This document shows positions 1 to 7,791 of a DNA stretch of 32,540 nucleotides, in pieces. Position numbers and translations under genes: made by a program. This DNA is from an uncultured virus (IMG/VR IMGVR_UViG_3300007538_000001) (taxonomy: Duplodnaviria > Heunggongvirae > Uroviricota > Caudoviricetes > Crassvirales). The stretch is from the IMG/VR virus record IMGVR_UViG_3300007538_000001; one strand, 5' to 3'. The notes beneath the pieces are model-generated. The model had not been told where the DNA came from. It did no database searches and worked only from the letters and a program-made list of their open reading frames with translations. How positions within the stretch are numbered: the first letter of the stretch is position 1; each line of letters opens with the position of its first letter.

Positions 1-1081
1 TCTCTATATTAGATAAGTTTATTCCTTCGCGAAGCATTTTAACAGCAAACAACTCACTACAAGAACCATCATTAAAACAGTCTATTAAGTTCTGGTTATC
101 TTCCCTTGTATTCTTGGAATTAACAGCACTTTTGGAGCCTAACTTTACTGATTGTTCTATTGTACCAGTAAAACAAATAAACCTCTTCTGAGAGCCTCTA
201 AATTGCTTAACAATGCTGGCTGCTTTATCTGTTTTTACTTTAGAAATAAACTTTTTTCTTTGGGATCCCAAATTTAAGAATTTATTTCGACATGCTTGAC
301 GTATTTGATAAGAATTATTAGTCTGAGATTGATCTTGATAATAACTCATTTGCTTAGTGATTAACTCATAATACTGAATTTCATTACATTTAACAAGTAA
401 ACCAGTACCTTTTGGTAATGATTTCTGAACAGTCCACATATCACTATACTTACAAGTGACAGTTTTCTTTCCTTTACCAGCTTTTTTGAATTGAAACTCA
501 TGATTACCCGTAGGTGTTAAACCCATTTTGTGAACTACAAGTTCGGGTGTTGGCAACAAACCTAAGTCAATTGCTTTCAATAATGGTATTTTATAGTTAT
601 ACACATTTCCTAAGAGACCCTTTATTAGGTCCTTCTTGTCCATCGGAATAGTAGCAGATAAAAGTATCACCTTTGTTGCAGGGCCAATTAGGCTTTTCAA
701 AAGTGATACTCTTTTATCCGTTAATGCGTGGCATTCGTCCAGTATAATGAAATCTGGATGCGTCGAGTGATGCTGGTGCTTATGTAAAGAAGCGTAAAGG
801 AACATAGAAACCTTTTTCATAACTGTTTTTTTCTTATGCTTCACAAACTCATCTTCCCAATTTTTCAAATGGGTTGACTCTTTGCATATTAATAGACCAT
901 GTGAATTTCTACGCGTACTTAAAATGTCCTCTATTATCCTTATGGATGCAAGAGACTTGCCTACGCCTGTACTCCATTCCAAACACAAGTGTTGATTAGA
1001 CTGAGAAATTTGAACTGCAAGAGATTGTATTTCGGATTTTATCCTATTACTCTCTTCAGTACTAATCCTCGTCTTCTTCAT
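1..1081 (-). CDS. Superfamily 2 (DExH-box) helicase, runs off the window edge (partial)
   Basis: Manual translation from ATG 1081: MKKTRISTEESNRIKSEIQ...EWSTGVGKS (Walker A), FIILDECHAL (DExH), LLSAT (motif III). Not in the ORF track because it has no stop in the window. Confidence 0.85.
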   Translation of the reverse strand, partial: MKKTRISTEESNRIKSEIQSLAVQISQSNQHLCLEWSTGVGKSLASIRIIEDILSTRRNSHGLLICKESTHLKNWEDEFVKHKKKTVMKKVSMFLYASLHKHQHHSTHPDFIILDECHALTDKRVSLLKSLIGPATKVILLSATIPMDKKDLIKGLLGNVYNYKIPLLKAIDLGLLPTPELVVHKMGLTPTGNHEFQFKKAGKGKKTVTCKYSDMWTVQKSLPKGTGLLVKCNEIQYYELITKQMSYYQDQSQTNNSYQIRQACRNKFLNLGSQRKKFISKVKTDKAASIVKQFRGSQKRFICFTGTIEQSVKLGSKSAVNSKNTREDNQNLIDCFNDGSCSELFAVKMLREGINLSNIE

Positions 1082-1679
1082 CTCTTGCGCTATTTATCAG
1101 ACCATCTATCAGGTCATCAATTTCTTCATCAGATGCTTTAGATAGATCATCAATGTTAATACCTTTCATATTCTTTCCAAACTCTTCAATGTTAAGGCCT
1201 ATTCTTTTACCTTTTACATTGCTACCTTTGAAGTTAGAAGTTTTAGGTATTTCTCCATTACGCTGTCCTTCTCTAACTTTATCCATTAAATCGTCAGCGT
1301 AATCTTTTAGATGAGGTTTATGGAATTGTATTGCTTGCGCAACAGCAATCATAGCTTTAGCAAATGTGTCATCGCGCATACCTACTTGCATAAGTATCTC
1401 ACCAATTGATTCATCACTAGCTCTTACGAAAGCACAATCCATGCTTTCTATACCTGATTCTCCTTCTTGAGCATTTGGATCAGCTGTTGCCACAAATGTG
1501 AGAATATGCTGATTCTTATTCAAGTTGTTCTCAAGCACGTATGCCATAAGTTCAAGAGCATGTCTCAACTTACCTTGTACAGTTCCTGAAATTGGTTTGC
1601 TTATTTGTTCACCCTCTGGTGATACGGGTTTTTGCGAACCTTTACCGTTGTTGTTTCCTTTTTTAAATAGTCCAAACAT
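1062..1679 (-). CDS. Hypothetical protein, acidic C-terminus
   Basis: 205-aa ORF with A-rich leader; overlaps the helicase start. Confidence 0.8.
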   Translation of the reverse strand: MFGLFKKGNNNGKGSQKPVSPEGEQISKPISGTVQGKLRHALELMAYVLENNLNKNQHILTFVATADPNAQEGESGIESMDCAFVRASDESIGEILMQVGMRDDTFAKAMIAVAQAIQFHKPHLKDYADDLMDKVREGQRNGEIPKTSNFKGSNVKGKRIGLNIEEFGKNMKGINIDDLSKASDEEIDDLIDGLINSARDEEDED

Positions 1680-1823
1680 ATTCTTATTGTTTTTGTTTTA
1701 GATTAATGGGAGAGACTCTAATGCCTCTCCCGAATTTAATAATTCTACTCCTTTATCAGGTGTAATTAACTTGCCTTATGGCAATAAGTTAAAATACATC
1801 ATCTTTTGATTTAGTTTTTGTTA

Positions 1824-1926
1824 AGTTTCCCTTGGGTCACAATTGTCCTTGTTAACAGCTAACGCTAGCACCATAGTTTGTGACACATCGAGTGCTACTA
1901 ATAACCGGCCATCCAAGGGAATAACT
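1824..1926 (-). ncRNA. Candidate pseudoknotted small RNA with 9-bp closing stem
   Basis: TTCCCTTGG/CCAAGGGAA closing stem (1827-1835 with 1913-1921); crossing 7-bp helices 1866-72/1891-97 and 1836-42/1878-84; intergenic. Confidence 0.55.
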
Positions 1927-1929
1927 ACT

Positions 1930-2283
1930 TTACTGATGCATGTGAACATGCACCTTATTTCCTCTATTTGTAACTTTTCCGTCTATTTGAAGGATTTTTC
2001 TGGATGCTTTTGCAACTTTATCAGTACCTTCTTCACCGTATTCTTCATGTACTCCAGCCATAATGTCATCAATACCTTCTTTATATCCATCTTTTAATCC
2101 TTCACTACGTTGATTTTTAAGCATTTTGAATGCTACCAACATAAAAGTTATAAAAACTATATTTAAAAAAGAAAGTATAACAACTGCTATTGAAGTGTTA
2201 GGCTCATTATTAAATAATGTTCCTAAAAAATATCCACTTACGGTAAAAAATAATGCTGATGTTACTAATAATTTATACTTCAT
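1930..2283 (-). CDS. Hypothetical membrane protein (2 TM)
   Basis: Two hydrophobic N-terminal stretches; overlaps the neighbouring gene in an operon. Confidence 0.75.
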   Translation of the reverse strand: MKYKLLVTSALFFTVSGYFLGTLFNNEPNTSIAVVILSFLNIVFITFMLVAFKMLKNQRSEGLKDGYKEGIDDIMAGVHEEYGEEGTDKVAKASRKILQIDGKVTNRGNKVHVHMHQ

Positions 2284-2686
2284 TTGCTATGTCTTTTAGG
2301 AATGAAAAATCTAATTCATCGAATGAATCACTATCTGGACTAAACCTGTTTAAGAATTCAGTTAAATGTCTTGCTTCCATTACATCTGAATGCAAGTCTT
2401 TAAACATTTTTCTATCTCCTTTTCTACCTAATGCATGCATTAGTTTGCTAACGCCTTTTAATGCGTCTTTTTTCTTTTCATCAGGGATATTTTCTACTTG
2501 TTCTTTAGTCATTTCAACTTGTTCAAGTATTTTGTTCATAAATTTTTCCCTGACTTCTAAAATCTCACTTAATTTATCGTATCTTTCTTTACATATACGA
2601 AAAACTGTTTCAAATTCTTTTACACTTAAAGATTTTTGAAAATCCTTAAATGCTTGTGTGTCTTCTGTTTCTTCTGTTTTACTCAT
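2273..2686 (-). CDS. Hypothetical helical protein
   Basis: 137-aa ORF, overlapping starts/stops with neighbours. Confidence 0.8.
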   Translation of the reverse strand: MSKTEETEDTQAFKDFQKSLSVKEFETVFRICKERYDKLSEILEVREKFMNKILEQVEMTKEQVENIPDEKKKDALKGVSKLMHALGRKGDRKMFKDLHSDVMEARHLTEFLNRFSPDSDSFDELDFSFLKDIANEV

Positions 2687-2927
2687 TTTCTAAGTTTCTG
2701 TAATCTATTTCATTTTTTAAGTCGAATAATTGGTGTAATCTATCTTCTAGCTCACCACGCTCAATCTTAGCTATTATATTCTTTAGATGATTAACATCTA
2801 ATTCTTTATAAAGCTTTTGAGTACCATTAGATGATGTCCAACTAATAGTATTTCTTATCTGTTCATGGGCTTTCATAAGCCTCGAGTCTATGGTAACATG
2901 AAATGCCTTCTTCTTAAGAATCGTCAT
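2679..2927 (-). CDS. Hypothetical protein
   Basis: 82-aa ORF in a tightly packed operon. Confidence 0.7.
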   Translation of the reverse strand: MTILKKKAFHVTIDSRLMKAHEQIRNTISWTSSNGTQKLYKELDVNHLKNIIAKIERGELEDRLHQLFDLKNEIDYRNLENE

Positions 2928-3150
2928 CTTCTTGTTCTTTTTCTGCTATATACTCTTCATATTCCTCTCTTGTCATCTTTTTCACGTTTATCTTAACTAA
3001 AGCTAAGATAGACACAATCAAGACTCCAATAGCTGCTACCCACCACTTGAGTAACATACATACCAATATTAATGTTATCCTAGGCCATTTATAAGCCAAA
3101 AGAATTATTAATAATGGTAATAACTTGTACGCGTATTCCATTGCTGTCAT
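2914..3150 (-). CDS. Small membrane protein
   Basis: Hydrophobic 78-aa ORF with a charged tail. Confidence 0.7.
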   Translation of the reverse strand: MTAMEYAYKLLPLLIILLAYKWPRITLILVCMLLKWWVAAIGVLIVSILALVKINVKKMTREEYEEYIAEKEQEDDDS

Positions 3151-3293
3151 TAGTTTTCTTCTTTTATTGATTTAACTTCTTCTATTACTATGTATGTGTC
3201 ATTCTGAGTGACTTCTACATTATCATCTACCTCTATATTGATTCCTTTTTGATGGAGCCAATTAAGAGTATGGTTCATATAAATTGTTTTCAT
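3150..3293 (-). CDS. Small hypothetical protein (47 aa)
   Basis: Manual: MKTIYMNHTLNWLHQKGINIEVDD...; TAATG coupling to the next ORF. Confidence 0.6.
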   Translation of the reverse strand: MKTIYMNHTLNWLHQKGINIEVDDNVEVTQNDTYIVIEEVKSIKEEN

Positions 3294-3307
3294 GTTATTT
3301 TTTTTAC

Positions 3308-3392
3308 TGACTACCTATCCTGCGAGGATTCGAACTCGCGTCTCCAAGTAATGACACCTAGCGTTATGGCCTCTCTACTAAGGGTTATAGTC
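3308..3392 (-). tRNA. Degenerate tRNA-like element (Asp-GTC or Met-CAT like)
   Basis: T-arm GCGAG-TTCGAATC-CTCGC, variable region AGAC, anticodon stem CTAGG/CTTGG with an 8-nt loop TGTCATTA, interrupted acceptor, weak D-arm. Confidence 0.5.
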
Positions 3393-3396
3393 AAGA

Positions 3397-3531
3397 TTAA
3401 TCTCCCCATCTAAATCCAGGAGGAGTTGGCTCATTATTATCATCATCTGGACCATACTTTTCATATAAATATACTATTATACCACCTATAACTACAAGTC
3501 CAAAGTAAATAAGCATTCCTTTTATATTCAT
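3397..3531 (-). CDS. Small membrane peptide (44 aa)
   Basis: Manual: MNIKGMLIYFGLVVIGGIIVYIYMKS... Confidence 0.55.
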   Translation of the reverse strand: MNIKGMLIYFGLVVIGGIIVYLYEKYGPDDDNNEPTPPGFRWGD

Positions 3532-3544
3532 AATTTTGTTTTTT

Positions 3545-3577
3545 AAAAAAAGCCAGCTACTGTACTTCACTGGCTTT
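3545..3577 (-). terminator. Intrinsic terminator-like hairpin
   Basis: AAAGCCAG...CTGGCTTT followed by a T-run on the minus strand. Confidence 0.5.
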
Positions 3578-3651
3578 ATTAACGTGCAAATTTCGTCCGG
3601 GCCTCATCAGGAGGTGATTTTTATAGTCTTCCCGGCTGACTTAATTTCTTT

Positions 3652-3694
3652 AAAAAAATGAGACGGAGCAAGTCTAAATAAAACTCCGCCTCAT
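3652..3694 (-). terminator. Intrinsic terminator-like hairpin
   Basis: ATGAGGCGGAG...CTCCGTCTCAT then a T-run on the minus strand; lies just 3' of the mini-tRNA. Confidence 0.6.
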
Positions 3695-3732
3695 CAACCA
3701 ACCAACTAAATCAACAGAAAACATCTGCTTAG

Positions 3733-3783
3733 GTCACCATGTTGGAATCGAACCAACCTAACCACATCTAGAATCATGGTGAC
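3733..3783 (-). ncRNA. 51-nt truncated tRNA-like RNA (His-like, one arm missing)
   Basis: GTCACCAT GATT CTAG-ATGTGG-TTAG GTTGG-TTCGATT-CCAAC ATGGTGAC: perfect 8-bp acceptor and canonical T-arm, with only one small internal hairpin. Confidence 0.7.
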
Positions 3784-3816
3784 TCAATGTATCATTCTTT
3801 GATGATACATTGTAAC

Positions 3817-4347
3817 TTAATCTAATTCCTCATTGTATGCAACTTTTTTGACATTAACTAACTTTTGTTGAAGTGAGAAATAATCTTTATTTAATTCTCT
3901 CTTTACATTATCAAGAGTTTTTTCTATTTCTCTCATCTTCCTTGATACTCTAAGTACCTTCAACTCAGCGAATTGTTGGTCATCCATATCTGTCACTAAC
4001 TTTTCATATATATCATATATGTCAGGTCTATAAGCTTCTATTTCTTCCCAAACATTTGTCATTGCGTGTGTAACTGTTGCATGATCTCTATTAACAAGAT
4101 AAGCAATTGATGAGTATGAGTATTTAGTTAGTTCAATTGCAAGTCTAAAATAAACTGCTCTTAAATAAACTAATTCTCTTTGTCTATTTGTCAAAGTAAT
4201 ATCTACTCCTGCTTCATCAGAAACAGAATTAATAAGATATTGTAACTTCTTCTTCTTTTTAAATAACAATACAGAATGATCTCTATCAACATTATATTTC
4301 TGTTGAAAGTGTCTCTGTATCACTACATCACTTTTGCTTTTTCCCAT
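3817..4347 (-). CDS. Protein with DnaA domain IV-like HTH and C-terminal coiled coil
   Basis: RQRELVYLRAVYFRLAIELTKYSYSSIAYLVNRDHATVTHA matches the DnaA C-terminal signature (R.R..V..R...MYL..ELT..S...IG....RDHTTV.HA); no AAA+ domain. Confidence 0.75.
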   Translation of the reverse strand: MGKSKSDVVIQRHFQQKYNVDRDHSVLLFKKKKKLQYLINSVSDEAGVDITLTNRQRELVYLRAVYFRLAIELTKYSYSSIAYLVNRDHATVTHAMTNVWEEIEAYRPDIYDIYEKLVTDMDDQQFAELKVLRVSRKMREIEKTLDNVKRELNKDYFSLQQKLVNVKKVAYNEELD

Positions 4348-4479
4348 ATTTTTGTTTTTTTAGGCTTCTTTTCTGTCTTAAAGCCTTTGATTATCAATTG
4401 TTTTCTCCCAATCACATCACAAGTATAACTTGATCCAGTGATTACATTGTATTCATGTTTTACCATAGTTTTATTGGTT

Positions 4480-4737
4480 TTAAATTTTTAGTTTTCTTCT
4501 CTCGTAAATATCTACTTTCTTTAATAACTTTATATCTGTTGTTCCGAATTTATGTTTGATTTTTAGTTTCTTTGAATTAACTGTAATTGTTCCATTAACT
4601 AATATCATTTCACATGTTTCTTCTTCATAGTTAATCTTAGTTATAAGAAGTAAATGATCTCTAGATATATAGTTAATAACTGAATCTAATTAATAGTCTA
4701 ATTTAACATGATCTCCTATTTTAAATTTATTATTCAT
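4480..4737 (-). pseudogene. KOW/SH3-like small ORF with an in-frame TAA at codon 16
   Basis: MNNKFKIGDHVKLDY*LDSVINY...YERRKLKI*; TAA at 4690-4692; both ends resemble ORF 7158-7493. Confidence 0.6.
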
Positions 4738-4757
4738 GTTTATGTATATAAAATTAG

Positions 4758-4915
4758 TAGCAACGACAGGAGTCGAACCTGCAATCTCTGAGTTATCAGC
4801 TCAGCGTGATCGGCTTCTCACAATAAACTTCCTTTGTATTTTCATCTGATCAATTACTTCTATACAAACTATAATATTGCTAACATAGCGGCCTTTCCTT
4901 TTTCACCACGTTGCG
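4758..4915 (-). tRNA. tRNA-Ile(GAT)-like gene with ~82-nt insertion in the D-loop
   Basis: Acceptor CGCAACG/CGTTGCT-A, D-stem GTGA/TCAC, anticodon arm CTGAG-CTGATAA-CTCAG, T-arm GCAGG-TTCGACT-CCTGT; total 158 nt. Confidence 0.8.
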
Positions 4916-4924
4916 GTGAAGTTA

Positions 4925-5300
4925 ATTCCTACGCCAACATTATCCCACTTAACAATAGTGTAACTGCCAAGGGCAGGAGACGCAGTAGTTTATAATATTT
5001 ACGTCACTATGAACCAAACTAAGTACCTATCTGCGGTAAGGTTAGCGCGAACCCACTGTAACATTAATGCTCTATAAGTGGCTATCTCAAGGGCCCTAGG
5101 TTTCCTTCCAACCAGGGCTTTCTTTGTTCAAGAACTGAAAAGCTGTGTGATAGTGACGTAAATAATTATACTTGCTTGTTCTAATGTACCCATCTCATTA
5201 GATTCAAATCTTTATTGACGTGTGTCATGGATCTTCATTTACAAGCTTAGAACTTCCTAGCTTTTAAGTGCAAGCACAACAAGCTGTTCTCATAAGACGC
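4925..5300 (-). ncRNA. Tandem candidate structured RNAs (three closed units) upstream of the aberrant tRNA
   Basis: ~390 nt with no ORF; closing stems at 5174-80/5278-84, a perfect 15-bp stem at 4996-5010/5150-5164, and TGCGTC/GGCGTA at about 4930-4984. Confidence 0.6.
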
Positions 5301-5309
5301 ATAGTGAAG

Positions 5310-5540
5310 CTAGGTTAGAAATTTAAATTTTCTTGGTGATCCTGATCCTGGATCAAATTTCCTTGATAATCTCTCAACCATTTTTATACCTAATCTCTTT
5401 GGATTGTATCCATCAGAGAAATCAATATGATAATGGTCTTTTGTTATTTTTGTGACTTGCCCACGTTTATATTCACTTTTGCCGTGGGAGCCAGGCCAGA
5501 AATACTTTGTTTCTATATAGTCTCCTACGGCATATTTCAT
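5310..5540 (-). CDS. Small KOW/SH3-like protein
   Basis: KYAVGDYIE...GQVTKI...YHIDF pattern. Confidence 0.7.
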   Translation of the reverse strand: MKYAVGDYIETKYFWPGSHGKSEYKRGQVTKITKDHYHIDFSDGYNPKRLGIKMVERLSRKFDPGSGSPRKFKFLT

Positions 5541-5669
5541 TTATCTTGTGATTAATTTCACTAACGCATTTTTATTTGTTGTTGATAATATCTCTGCTGC
5601 TCTTCTAAATAGAATGCCTGCTCTTATGTCATTCATTATCGGAACAGTAGAAATAGGTGTTCTCCATGA

Positions 5670-5954
5670 TTAAATATTTAATTGTCTTCTTTTGTTATTG
5701 TTTCTAATTCTTTTTTTAGCATTTTCAACTGCTATGTGTTCTTGGTTTCTAAGATCCTTTGTATTTGTTACTAAGATCTTACCTTTTGTTGTTCTAACTA
5801 CTACCTTGTCACCACGGATAGATAATAGTTCTACTCTCATTCTTTTAAACTTAGGAGATGCCCACGATAGGTGATACCATTCTCCTCTTTCTGGATACGT
5901 AGGTATCCTGTCTTCAGGCTGTATCCTTAACTGTGCTTTCTCTAGGGCATTCAT
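5670..5954 (-). CDS. Small SH3-like hypothetical protein
   Basis: 94 aa, beta-rich core, C-terminus KRRQLNI. Confidence 0.7.
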   Translation of the reverse strand: MNALEKAQLRIQPEDRIPTYPERGEWYHLSWASPKFKRMRVELLSIRGDKVVVRTTKGKILVTNTKDLRNQEHIAVENAKKRIRNNNKRRQLNI

Positions 5955-6244
5955 TACACATCTATTCTTATTCCTACTCTTTTAAGCTTAGCTTTTTGAA
6001 TTTTAATGTGCTCTATTTTAGATTCAGCATTCTTTCTGCTTACCTCTATTTTTTGTTTTTGAATTTCTTGATGATTAGCAAGCACTACTCCTTCAACAAC
6101 AGCTTTAATTGCTTTACCAGATAACCTTGATATTACAGTTGCTTTTTTCTCATCTAATTTGCCGGCTCTTAAGTCTAATACATCCTGACCTAAGCCGGTA
6201 GCAAGTCTATTCATAACGGTCATTTGTTTTTTAATTGGTATCAT
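5954..6244 (-). CDS. Hypothetical helical protein coupled to the upstream NUMOD4-like gene
   Basis: ATGA overlap with 6241-6753. Confidence 0.7.
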   Translation of the reverse strand: MIPIKKQMTVMNRLATGLGQDVLDLRAGKLDEKKATVISRLSGKAIKAVVEGVVLANHQEIQKQKIEVSRKNAESKIEHIKIQKAKLKRVGIRIDV

Positions 6245-6753
6245 TTTATTTTTTGTTTTTTAAGTTCTCTATGTAATTTTAAATGGTTTTTTTTAGCATC
6301 TATTATCTCAGGAGTTAAATCTTGAGTAGTACATCTTAATACTGTTGAAATATAACCATCTTTAAGATCCTTCCTGTATTTATTTCTACTTAATTTAATT
6401 TTTTCAGGATTGTTACGTTTAAATTTAGCTGAATTTAATCTTCTTTTTTCTTTAGTGCATTTGCTACAAAAAAAGTATTGAATATTATTATCATTATCTT
6501 TAGTTTTTTTATTGCATTTTTTACAATGGAAAAAACCAAAGTATTTTTTAACTAGAGCTTTTGTACATTTAGATCCTTTTTCTTTACCATAATTAATTTG
6601 AACAACAATTCTATCTTTATCTTTTCTGCTTTTAAGAGGGTATTTTCTTTTTACTTTGTCTCCATTGTTATTAAAATAATAATTAGAAAATACCACACCA
6701 TCTTCTCTAATAGAATACTTTTTATTAGTTCCTTTTATAAATTTTGTTTTCAT
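6241..6753 (-). CDS. NUMOD4-like/Zn-ribbon basic DNA-binding protein (homing-endonuclease related)
   Basis: N-terminal IKGTNKKYSIREDGVVFS (NUMOD4-like), CxxC...CxxC, very Lys-rich; no intact HNH motif seen. Confidence 0.55.
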   Translation of the reverse strand: MKTKFIKGTNKKYSIREDGVVFSNYYFNNNGDKVKRKYPLKSRKDKDRIVVQINYGKEKGSKCTKALVKKYFGFFHCKKCNKKTKDNDNNIQYFFCSKCTKEKRRLNSAKFKRNNPEKIKLSRNKYRKDLKDGYISTVLRCTTQDLTPEIIDAKKNHLKLHRELKKQKIK

Positions 6754-6844
6754 TTGTTCTAGTTTTTAAATAAGCTCAAAACAAAAATATGTACGTTAAT
6801 CAATTACTTTATCCATATTGTATATTATTTTGAGCTTTTGGTTT

Positions 6845-6965
6845 AACTTCAAGGAGCCGTAACGCCCGGTTCTATATGGTTCACGATGATTTGTGACAAC
6901 AGAGGTGAATGGATCGGTCATATATCCTCACATCTTCATGCTACTCGAACTCCTTGCTAGAAGTT
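6845..6965 (-). ncRNA. Candidate multibranch small RNA
   Basis: Closing stem AACTT-(CTAG)-CAAGGAG/CTCCTTG-AAGTT; inner GTGA-GGAT/ATCC-TCAC and TCAC/GTGA helices; GC-richer than the flanks. Confidence 0.5.
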
Positions 6966-7141
6966 TATATCTCGACCTGCATCATTTCAGGACGTGACAC
7001 TAAAGTGTTGCTAACTACAAGTGAATTTCTAAATGCTATCTTAGCTAGCACTTGTTTACCTGCATCATATGTGTTTGCTGCAAATACTTTAAATTGTTCA
7101 CCTGCCGGTGTTTCTACTAAATATTGTTCTAATCTTGCCAT
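6965..7141 (-). CDS. Small hypothetical protein (58 aa)
   Basis: Manual: MARLEQYLVETPAGEQFKVFAANTYDAGKQVLAKI... Confidence 0.6.
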   Translation of the reverse strand: MARLEQYLVETPAGEQFKVFAANTYDAGKQVLAKIAFRNSLVVSNTLVSRPEMMQVEI

Positions 7142-7157
7142 TGGTTTAAGGTTTTTG

Positions 7158-7493
7158 TTATAAATCTAATTTTCTTCTTTCATGTATTGGTGCTAAATGT
7201 AATGATTCCTCATGTATTAGAGTTCTCAATTCTTCACCATTATATTCTACCGTATACATTATTCCAAAGCCTTTCCAAGTAGCTCCTTTGATAGTGTATA
7301 TAAAATTCATTTCCTCTTGTGTGCTTAATGAGAGGTCTTTGAATTCTGATTTTTTGATGCAGACCTTGTCACCCGGCCTGAATTTAGCGCTACTCTGAAC
7401 CATATCCGCGATGGACTCCATGGAAGCTTGCATATGTAAATGAGCAATCTTATGACCTTCTTGAGATTGTTCTTCAAAGTACTCATCATTCAT
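7158..7493 (-). CDS. KOW/SH3-like hypothetical protein
   Basis: KFRPGDKVCI...YTVEY...IHEESL; ends ERRKLDL. Confidence 0.75.
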   Translation of the reverse strand: MNDEYFEEQSQEGHKIAHLHMQASMESIADMVQSSAKFRPGDKVCIKKSEFKDLSLSTQEEMNFIYTIKGATWKGFGIMYTVEYNGEELRTLIHEESLHLAPIHERRKLDL

Positions 7494-7767
7494 CTAATTC
7501 GTCTTTATACTTTGGTATGTGTATAATATCATCATACCATTCAAAATTATCTAGGTCAGCACCCTCCATAGATATGAGTAATAAATCATACTCCATTCCT
7601 GTTTCATAATAGTTCTTCAAGAACCACATGACTCTTTGTTCGTAAGTTGCTAACTCACGTTTTTTTCTTTTCTTTGATATTATTTTGTTTTCTTTTCTTG
7701 ATATTCTCCATTCTGCTACCATAAGAATCAACACAAATAATACTAAGGTAATAAAAATTCCTTTCAT
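7486..7767 (-). CDS. Membrane-anchored hypothetical protein
   Basis: N-terminal hydrophobic helix. Confidence 0.7.
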   Translation of the reverse strand: MKGIFITLVLFVLILMVAEWRISRKENKIISKKRKKRELATYEQRVMWFLKNYYETGMEYDLLLISMEGADLDNFEWYDDIIHIPKYKDELDE

Positions 7768-7791
7768 AATTCGTATTTGTTTTTAATTAAA

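Noticed and set aside
1824..1926. HDV-like/theta ribozyme
   Set aside because: No P3/L3, no recognisable catalytic J4/2 strand, and not adjacent to a tRNA 3' end.
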